Source: Blastocatellia bacterium (lineage in GTDB: Bacteria; Acidobacteriota; Blastocatellia; UBA7656). Taken from it: a stretch of DNA of 64,000 bases. The DNA is taken from NCBI GenBank assembly GCA_963804815.1, contig CAWDRU010000002.1:4934780-4998779 (forward strand). Reading direction: 5' to 3'. The translations under genes were made by a program, and so were the position numbers. Positions 57,486 to 64,000 of this stretch are shown here, one piece after another. Positions within the stretch are counted from its first letter, which is position 1. Every line of letters begins with the position of its first letter. The notes under the pieces are model-generated. The model searched no databases and was not told the origin of the DNA. It saw only the letters and a list, made by a program, of their open reading frames with translations.

Positions 57486-58403
57486 TTATCGTGCAGGCTT
57501 TAAGCTCTCGACGAAGTCGCGGTCTTTCGTGCCCGCGTGACAGACCATGCAGGACTGCTGGCCGCGTTCTTCGAGGTCGCTGACAAGCGCATAGGTCAAA
57601 CCTCTATCCGACCATGTTATGACTTTCAACCCGTCAATCGAGTCATAGTGAAACGTCAGCCCTTTTGAAACGATCTCTTCTCCGCCCGACGGCACGGCCA
57701 CGCGTTCCGAAGTCACCACAAGGCTGATTGGCCGCTTCTGCATCTGATAGGCGACGTATGCCGCGTAATCGTTCTTGAATCCGACCAGCCGCGCGCCCTC
57801 CAATCGATATAGTTTCTCCTGCCCTGACGCTTCCTGATAATTGGGCAGTTGCAATTTGAAAGAAACTTTCCCTGAAAACCAGAGCGAAATTTCATCGGGA
57901 GAATCTGTCGCGATCTCGAATGGAAGCTGGCCGCGCAGGTGACGCAGATGTGTGTCAACGGCCATCATCGCAAAATCCGAGGGGAGTTTTGCAAGTAACC
58001 GCTGGCGAAAGCTTGTCGCGTACCACACGCTTGCCAGCCCGACGACGAAGACAAACATCGCGGCCACTGCTATCAGGCGACGGCGACTGCTTAAGCGGAA
58101 AGGCGAAGCGAGCGACTTGCGAACTCGACGGCGCAATTCAGGCGGCGCGGCGTAAGGCGGCGCGGCACGGTTTAGAATCTGTTCGACCGCTTCGCGAAGC
58201 GCAGGCGGGGCGGCGCGAAGCGGTTTGGCCTCGCGGATGCTTTCGATAAAGCGCCGTTCGCTTGCGATCATCTCGCTGCACGAATCGCAAACCTGTAGAT
58301 GCGACTCGAAGGCGGAAAGATCGCTTCCGCTCAACTCGTCGTCGAGGTAAATGGCCATAGCTCTGCGAACTTCATCACACTGATTTTTGCTTCTTTTACT
58401 CAT
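57486..58403 (-). CDS. anti-sigma factor (zinc-finger ZAS-like N-domain, TM, periplasmic domain)
   Basis: HLQVCDSCSE (HxxxCxxC). One TM LIAVAAMFVFVVGLASVWYA. Four-nt overlap with the sigma gene. Confidence 0.6.
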   Translation of the reverse strand: MSKRSKNQCDEVRRAMAIYLDDELSGSDLSAFESHLQVCDSCSEMIASERRFIESIREAKPLRAAPPALREAVEQILNRAAPPYAAPPELRRRVRKSLASPFRLSSRRRLIAVAAMFVFVVGLASVWYATSFRQRLLAKLPSDFAMMAVDTHLRHLRGQLPFEIATDSPDEISLWFSGKVSFKLQLPNYQEASGQEKLYRLEGARLVGFKNDYAAYVAYQMQKRPISLVVTSERVAVPSGGEEIVSKGLTFHYDSIDGLKVITWSDRGLTYALVSDLEERGQQSCMVCHAGTKDRDFVESLKPAR

Positions 58404-58972
58404 GCTTCTTTCGCTCGCATTTTATTTCCAGCCGTCTCAGCCTGCCACTGACCGAGAAGGTGTCGCAGCTTTTCTCGCGCTCGCCCCAATCTACTCATCA
58501 CGGTTCCGGCAGGGCAGCCCAGCACGCGCGAGATCTGCTGATAGCTGAACCCTTCGATGTCGCGCAGCACGATGACTTCGCGATAAGATTCGGGCAGACT
58601 CTCTATAGCCTGTCGAACCTCTTCGCGCTCCAGTTTTCGCACAAAGACGATATGCGGGTCTGCGGCCATATTATCGAGCCACGCCATCTGCCCTTCTGTT
58701 TCCGCATCGATCTCGACGAATCGCGGGCCGCTGCGCGAATGACGAAGCTGGTTGAGCCAGGCGTTACGCATAATGGTAAACAGCCAGCCCTTCAGATTGC
58801 TGTCGGGAACGAGCGTGCCAAAGGCTCGCACGGCCCGCAGATATGTATCCTGCACGAGGTCCTGCGCTTCGGTCGGGTTGCGCGTCAGCATCATGGCAAA
58901 GCCATACAGAGCATCCAGATGCTCAAGCGCCGCCTGACTGAAATTCGATTCGCTCGTATCGGGTTTACTCAC
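58400..58972 (-). CDS. ECF (sigma-70 group IV) RNA polymerase sigma factor
   Basis: Region 2 DLVQDTYLRA, region 4 YREVIVLRDIEGFSYQQISRVLGCPAGTVMSRL. Start moved to GTG (VSKPDTSE), which lies 7 nt after AGGAGA. Confidence 0.75.
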   Translation of the reverse strand: MSKPDTSESNFSQAALEHLDALYGFAMMLTRNPTEAQDLVQDTYLRAVRAFGTLVPDSNLKGWLFTIMRNAWLNQLRHSRSGPRFVEIDAETEGQMAWLDNMAADPHIVFVRKLEREEVRQAIESLPESYREVIVLRDIEGFSYQQISRVLGCPAGTVMSRLGRAREKLRHLLGQWQAETAGNKMRAKEA

Positions 58973-59327
58973 AGGGGATTCTCCTGCGGAGATAACTGAT
59001 TTCCGCATTCCAACCGGATGTTCAATCCCACTTAATTCATAACACGCCAGGAATCGAGATATTCCCTAGACACGTCAATATTATTTTTTTTGAAGCTATG
59101 GAATAAACCGACGCATCACGTGTTATTACTGGTGCGGTCAGCTTTATCTGTCGAACATCGAGAAGAATAAATTTACAGCTATATGCAGGCGCTCACAAGG
59201 CCATTAATGTTTAATGTGTCTTCGGCTCAATTACCGCAAAAAACAGGTCGCTTCAAAGTCAGGGCGTTTTTCGCCTGTCGATAAATAGATGAAGAGTTCG
59301 AGTAAAGAGAAGAGTTCGAGGGCTGCC

Positions 59328-60587
59328 ATGAAAAGAATCACAAAATCTATCGCGCGACTGGCCGGTTTCAACCGAAAGGCGCTTATAAAGCTCGCGGTGT
59401 TAATTGCTTTCGGCTCAATCGCAATCACGCTGCTTTTGATCGCCGGAGGCGGCCAGATCGACACAATCGCTCAAGCGGCAGCGCCGCAGGCCCGGTTTCA
59501 GATGCAGGTTCCGAAAGGTCTGCCCGCAGACATATGGGCCTACCTTGTGCCGGAAGATAACCCGCTGACGACGGAAAAAGTTGCGCTTGGCGAAAAGCTC
59601 TACTTCGACAAGCGGCTCTCGGCAGATCGCTCGGTCAGCTGCGCCACCTGCCACGATCCCGCGACTGCGCTTGCCGACAATAACCCGTTAGCCGTCGGCA
59701 TCGAGTTAAAGAAGGGCGCGCGTAACTCTCCGACCGTGCTCAACGCCATGTTCAACGAATTGCAATTCTGGGACGGTCGCGCTCCTTCGCTCGAAGAGCA
59801 GGCCAAACTGCCGATCATCAATCCCATAGAGATGGGCATGAAAGACCACGACGCGGTCGTCGAACGCGTTCGCGCAGTGGCGGATTATCAGAAACAATTT
59901 GCCGCCATCTTCCCCGATGAAGGCATAACGATTGACACAATCGCAAAAGCCATAGCTTCGTTCGAGCGGACGCAGCTTTCGGGCAATTCGCCTTTCGACC
60001 GGTTTATAGCGGGCGATGAAAAAGCCATCTCTGCTGCGGCAAAGCGCGGCTGGGAGCTTTTCAACGGACAGGCGCGCTGCATGAGCTGTCACGCATTCAA
60101 CGCTTCGTCGCCTTTCTTCAGCGATTTCAAATTCCACAACATCGGCGTCGCCGCAAAAGATCAGAACTTCAACCTGCTTGCGCGACGCGCGCGACAGATT
60201 ACGGCTTCAAATCCGCGAAGCGCAGAACTGGTCGATCAGCTCGCGCTCTCGGAAGGATTTTCCGAACTGGGTCGATACCTCGTCACCAAACAGCAGAGGG
60301 ACATTGGCGCGTTCAAAACCTCCATGCTTCGCGATATAGAGTTGACCGCGCCCTACATGCATAACGGTTCGGAAAAGACCCTGCTTGATGTCGTCAAGTT
60401 CTATAACAAGGGCGGCGAGCCGAACGCGAATCTGGATGGAGGCATGCGCCCGCTTAAACTGACCGACCCGCAGATGGATGACGTGGTCGAGTTTATGAAG
60501 ACGCTCACAAGCGACGACACACGCCGCAAGATAAAAAGCGTGAAGCCGCAGACGCGCGCGCCGATCTCTGCGTCCGGCGACAGATAG
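59328..60587 (+). CDS. di-heme cytochrome c peroxidase (CCP/MauG family)
   Basis: CATCHD and CMSCHA heme sites, the conserved W/PFD region, N-terminal anchor. Start at MKRITKSIARLAG after GAGGG. Confidence 0.8.
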   Translation: MKRITKSIARLAGFNRKALIKLAVLIAFGSIAITLLLIAGGGQIDTIAQAAAPQARFQMQVPKGLPADIWAYLVPEDNPLTTEKVALGEKLYFDKRLSADRSVSCATCHDPATALADNNPLAVGIELKKGARNSPTVLNAMFNELQFWDGRAPSLEEQAKLPIINPIEMGMKDHDAVVERVRAVADYQKQFAAIFPDEGITIDTIAKAIASFERTQLSGNSPFDRFIAGDEKAISAAAKRGWELFNGQARCMSCHAFNASSPFFSDFKFHNIGVAAKDQNFNLLARRARQITASNPRSAELVDQLALSEGFSELGRYLVTKQQRDIGAFKTSMLRDIELTAPYMHNGSEKTLLDVVKFYNKGGEPNANLDGGMRPLKLTDPQMDDVVEFMKTLTSDDTRRKIKSVKPQTRAPISASGDR

Positions 60588-60608
60588 AGCAATAAGGAGA
60601 AAAGCTTT

Positions 60609-61748
60609 ATGAATCCGCTAAGATGGATCAAGCGACGAGAGCAGTATTTAAACGAGCGCGAGCAATGGTTCGGCGAGTTAATGGCCGCAGGCCGCGTCGA
60701 AGCAGGCAGGCGCAAGTTCATGAAGATGGCGGCAATGGCCGCAGGCGTGGCCGTGGGCGCGAAGCTTATGCCACACACTTTCTCGCTCGTCGATGTTGTG
60801 GGAGCGCAGGCGACATCAGGGCCGCAGCCCTTTACATTCGCATACATCTCGGATTCGCACCTGTACGAGAAGACCTTAAACGAGCGTTTCGTTCGCCAGC
60901 TTGAGCGCGCAGTAGCCGATGTAAACGCGCTCGACCCTCAACCCGATTTCGTGCTCTACGGGGGCGACCTTGCGCAACTCGGTCAACCGGGCGAGTTAAA
61001 GCTCGGCCAGCAGATTCTCAAAGAACTCAAAGCGCCTATGAAGATGATGGTCGGCGAACACGACTGGTTTCTGGACATGGGCGATCTGTGGAAGCAGATG
61101 TTCGGTGCGCCTTATTATTCATTCGATCACAAAGGCGTTCACTTTATAACATTGATGAGCGTTAACGAGCGCGACTTCTGGACCGAAAAGAAACTGACGC
61201 CGATGCAGCGCATGCATATTGTCGCGGGGCTTGATGATGGCCGCCAGAGCCGGTTTGAAGTCGGCGAGCAGGAACGCGAGTGGCTCAAAAAAGATCTGTC
61301 GCGCATACCCGCGACCACGCCCATCGTCGTCTTTTCGCACTCTCCGCTCTACAAATACTATCGCGACTGGAATTTCTGGACCGATGACGCCGAAGAGGTT
61401 CAGGCGATCCTGCAACCCTATAATTCCGTCACCGTGATTCACGGCCACACGCATCAGGTATTGACGAACAGGATCGGCAACATTCACTTTCACGGAATGC
61501 TTTCGACCGCCTGGCCCTGGCCGTATGCGCCGACGGGACTGCCACGGTTAACAGTGCAGATGAACCGGCCTGACCCGTTCAACCAGACAGACGGCATGGG
61601 CGACGGCATAATCCGATTGCGCCGGACCGGGCGCGTCGATATGCAGTACGATTTGTGGAATCGCAATCCGATGATAGTTTCGGAGCGATACCTTTCATCG
61701 AACGGGGCGGAAGATGTACCGGCCAAAACGACCCTGACGTTTTATTGA
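60609..61748 (+). CDS. Tat-exported metallophosphoesterase (calcineurin-like)
   Basis: RRKFMKMAAMAAGVAVGA twin-arginine leader. GDLAQ, GEHD and GHTH motifs. AAGGAG RBS. Confidence 0.6.
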   Translation: MNPLRWIKRREQYLNEREQWFGELMAAGRVEAGRRKFMKMAAMAAGVAVGAKLMPHTFSLVDVVGAQATSGPQPFTFAYISDSHLYEKTLNERFVRQLERAVADVNALDPQPDFVLYGGDLAQLGQPGELKLGQQILKELKAPMKMMVGEHDWFLDMGDLWKQMFGAPYYSFDHKGVHFITLMSVNERDFWTEKKLTPMQRMHIVAGLDDGRQSRFEVGEQEREWLKKDLSRIPATTPIVVFSHSPLYKYYRDWNFWTDDAEEVQAILQPYNSVTVIHGHTHQVLTNRIGNIHFHGMLSTAWPWPYAPTGLPRLTVQMNRPDPFNQTDGMGDGIIRLRRTGRVDMQYDLWNRNPMIVSERYLSSNGAEDVPAKTTLTFY

Positions 61749-61759
61749 GGAGCGAGCTT

Positions 61760-62524
61760 ATGATTAGCCAGTATAGGTTGAAGATCAGCATCCTTGTCGC
61801 CTTTGTCTGTGGCATCGCTTTCTACCAGATTGCGCAGGCGCAACAGGTCAGGCATAAGCCCGCGCCCGGAGACGGCAAGAACATGGTCGTTCAGCTCTGC
61901 GACGGGAAGACAAACCTGACCGTTAAGGGCGTTCGCCCCGACGAGCGGTTGACGCCGGAAAAAGCGCAGGCGGTGTCGGATGAAATCATGTCGCTGTGGC
62001 TTTCGCAGCAGGACCCCACGGCGGCAGCCAAATGGGCTGAAGAAATCGCTCAGGCGCAAAAGCAGAACCCGCAACAGCAGAACCCGAAGCCCGGAACACC
62101 GCCTGAATCAATGAAAGATGAAAAGACCGTGCCAAAGCAGGATACAGGTCGCGGGCAGCTTACGCCCGTAACCGAGCAGGTGGCCGATTTCAGCCCGCGC
62201 GATCACCTGATCTGGGACCGCGAAGTGGCTCGCGAAGTCGAATACGGCAATCAGATTTTTCACGATGACAAGCTGATCGGAAGCACCAACGGCATCGCCT
62301 GCGCGATGTGTCATCCGAACGCCTCCAATACTCATCCGGAGACTTATCCGAAGTTTCAGATTCAGCTCAAGCGCGTAGCCCTGCTGCGCGACATGATCAA
62401 CTGGTGTATTGAAAACCCCGCACGGGGCAAGGTGTTGAATGCCGATGATCCCAAGATGCGCGCGCTTGAGGCTTACATTCTGTCGCAGCGCAAAGGCGTG
62501 GCGCTCGAACCGGGGAAACATTGA
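61760..62524 (+). CDS. membrane-anchored mono-heme c-type cytochrome
   Basis: Start MISQYRLKISILVAFVCGIAFYQIAQA after GAGGAG. C-terminal CAMCHPN (CXXCH). Confidence 0.5.
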   Translation: MISQYRLKISILVAFVCGIAFYQIAQAQQVRHKPAPGDGKNMVVQLCDGKTNLTVKGVRPDERLTPEKAQAVSDEIMSLWLSQQDPTAAAKWAEEIAQAQKQNPQQQNPKPGTPPESMKDEKTVPKQDTGRGQLTPVTEQVADFSPRDHLIWDREVAREVEYGNQIFHDDKLIGSTNGIACAMCHPNASNTHPETYPKFQIQLKRVALLRDMINWCIENPARGKVLNADDPKMRALEAYILSQRKGVALEPGKH

Positions 62525-62535
62525 GCATCAAGGAT

Positions 62536-62610
62536 GTGGGAGCGGAGAAGGTCGCCCTACCACGACTTAACCTTGCAGCGCATTAATGCGCTGTGAGGCT
62601 CCGCTCCCAC
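62536..62610. other. nested cruciform-capable palindromes between convergent genes
   Basis: Outer arms gtgggagcggag / ctccgctcccac enclose an inner perfect palindrome cagcgcattaatgcgctg. Confidence 0.45.
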
Positions 62611-62716
62611 GCGTTTCAAAAGCATCATCGCCTTCCGAAGTTTAAACTTCAGTGTTGGATTTATCCATTTTAAGCGCGATTCTAAGGCTCGGCAATTAAT
62701 CTCCGGGCCTTCTGTT

Positions 62717-64000
62717 TTACCGGCAAACATCGTCATTTGGATTTTGCTGGCAGAGCAGTTTTTTCAACCCATCAATTAGTGATTGCTGTTGTTTGAGTTG
62801 TTTCTGCTGCGATTCAAGCTGCGTCTGCTGTTGTTTGAGTTGGGATTGCTGCGCTTCGATCTGCGTTTGTTGTTCTTTGACAGCGTTGACCAAAACGGTT
62901 GAGATGCGATCATATTTGACGCCTTCGACCTGCCCTTTCTCATTATAGGTAACGAGTAAAGGATTGATTGCCGCAACCTCTTCTGCGCCAAAGCCGAGGT
63001 CTTTCATCCCGCCGTCCTTCCAGATGAAGGTGATCGGGCGCAAACGCTGCACAAGGTTCAAGCCGAAATTAAAAGGCGCAATGTTCGTTTTATAGCGGAG
63101 GCTTGACGAGCAGGCAGCGATTTGATTGGAAGCGTTTCGACAAAGCTGACTGCTGCCCGCCGTGCCAAGCGCGTTCAGTTGCAGTTTGCCGGGAATTAAA
63201 ACGGTATCGACTCCCGCGCTCTGCCCTAAAACTATAGTGTTGCTGGCGCTGACAGTTGTGCCTGCGCCAATAGCAGTAGCAAAGGAAAGATTGTTTGAGC
63301 CGACATTGGCGGATGAACCAATGATCGTGTTACTGCTGCCTGTTGTATTGGTCGATCCTGCCTGATAACCGGCAAACACATTGCTGCTGCCTGTCGTGTT
63401 GTTGTAGCCCGCGTTTATCCCCAGAAATGAATTCAGGTTCCCAGTCGTGCTGCTGTAACCGGCCTGCGTGCCGATGAACGAATTGTTCGTACCCTCTGTG
63501 TTGCTGTAGCCCGCTTGAGAGCCGAAAAACGAGTTAAAAAAACCAGTGGTGTTGCTGAAGCCTGCGCTGGTGCCAAAGAATGAACCGCTGTTGCCAGTCG
63601 CATTAGTATAGCCCGCTTGATAACCGGCAAATGCGTTCCCGCTGCCCGTTGTATTGTTTAAGCCTGCCTGAAGACCAAAAAACAGATTAGCGAAGCCCGT
63701 CGTGTTGCTTTGGCCCGCGCTGGTGCCAAAGAACGAGTTATAGTTCCCGGTCGTGTTGCTCAAACCTGCGCTGGCCCCGAAAAACGAATTGCTGAAGCCC
63801 GTCGTGTTGTTATAGCCCGCGCTGGTGCCGACAAATGAATTGGCATTGGCTGTCGTGTTATAGAAGCCTGCGCTGGTGCCGACAAAAGTATTACTGTTGC
63901 CTGTCGTATTGCTATAACCCGCGCTGCGACCGAGAAACGCATTAACAACGCCGCTCGTATTATTGAATCCTGCGCTGGTGCCGACAAACACGTTATTGTT
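62717..64000 (-). CDS. tail-fiber-like repeat protein with C-terminal peptidase-S74 intramolecular-chaperone domain (5' part beyond window)
   Basis: More than 25 tandem units of the type GTSAGYNNTTGxSNSFFG. C-terminus LRYKTNIAPF...ITFIWKDG... and a Q-rich coiled coil, as in phage tail-spike autochaperone domains. The ORF is open to the window edge. Confidence 0.6.
   Translation of the reverse strand, partial: NNNVFVGTSAGFNNTSGVVNAFLGRSAGYSNTTGNSNTFVGTSAGFYNTTANANSFVGTSAGYNNTTGFSNSFFGASAGLSNTTGNYNSFFGTSAGQSNTTGFANLFFGLQAGLNNTTGSGNAFAGYQAGYTNATGNSGSFFGTSAGFSNTTGFFNSFFGSQAGYSNTEGTNNSFIGTQAGYSSTTGNLNSFLGINAGYNNTTGSSNVFAGYQAGSTNTTGSSNTIIGSSANVGSNNLSFATAIGAGTTVSASNTIVLGQSAGVDTVLIPGKLQLNALGTAGSSQLCRNASNQIAACSSSLRYKTNIAPFNFGLNLVQRLRPITFIWKDGGMKDLGFGAEEVAAINPLLVTYNEKGQVEGVKYDRISTVLVNAVKEQQTQIEAQQSQLKQQQTQLESQQKQLKQQQSLIDGLKKLLCQQNPNDDVCR

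Noticed and set aside
62108-62521. 137-aa minus ORF
   Set aside because: Antisense to the c-type cytochrome gene.
1-64000. tRNA or rRNA genes
   Set aside because: No stretch with a recognisable cloverleaf, T-loop GTTCRANYC, or 16S/23S signature was seen. None reported.

Overview
High-GC (about 60%) bacterial chromosomal segment. The gene content (many secreted peptidases, Tat substrates, a TonB receptor with an N-terminal carboxypeptidase-regulatory domain, c-type cytochromes) suggests an environmental Gram-negative, possibly Acidobacteriota-like; this is inference only. I found no rRNA, tRNA or CRISPR array.

Backbone genes: DNA polymerase I, an OmpR/HisKA two-component pair, an ECF sigma/anti-sigma pair divergent from a cytochrome c peroxidase operon, an amidase, an amidohydrolase, an SDR, and a run of secreted metallopeptidases with a di-heme oxidoreductase.

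Five things stand out:
1. A structured 215-240 bp MITE-like element with terminal inverted repeats, present in three copies, each with its own 5-6 bp target-site duplication. One copy carries a compensatory variant of an internal hairpin.
2. A second palindromic repeat family with two copies, one flanked by 13-bp direct repeats.
3. A minus-strand operon at about 38.5-43.8 kb: apparently frameshifted coiled-coil gene, OmpA/MotB-domain membrane protein (roadblock-like cytoplasmic domain suspected), Ras-superfamily small GTPase, hybrid PAS-HisKA-REC-Hpt kinase. A paralogous REC-Hpt gene lies just upstream. I consider this the best candidate for an undescribed signalling system.
4. A low-GC islet after polA with a ribbon-helix-helix mini-ORF, an HNH endonuclease and two orphan ORFs.
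5. An accessory-looking region at 34.1-36.8 kb bounded by two inverted MITE copies and containing a roughly 650 bp ORF-free stretch.

Base-level coordinates of short motifs may be off by 1-2 nt because they were read by eye.
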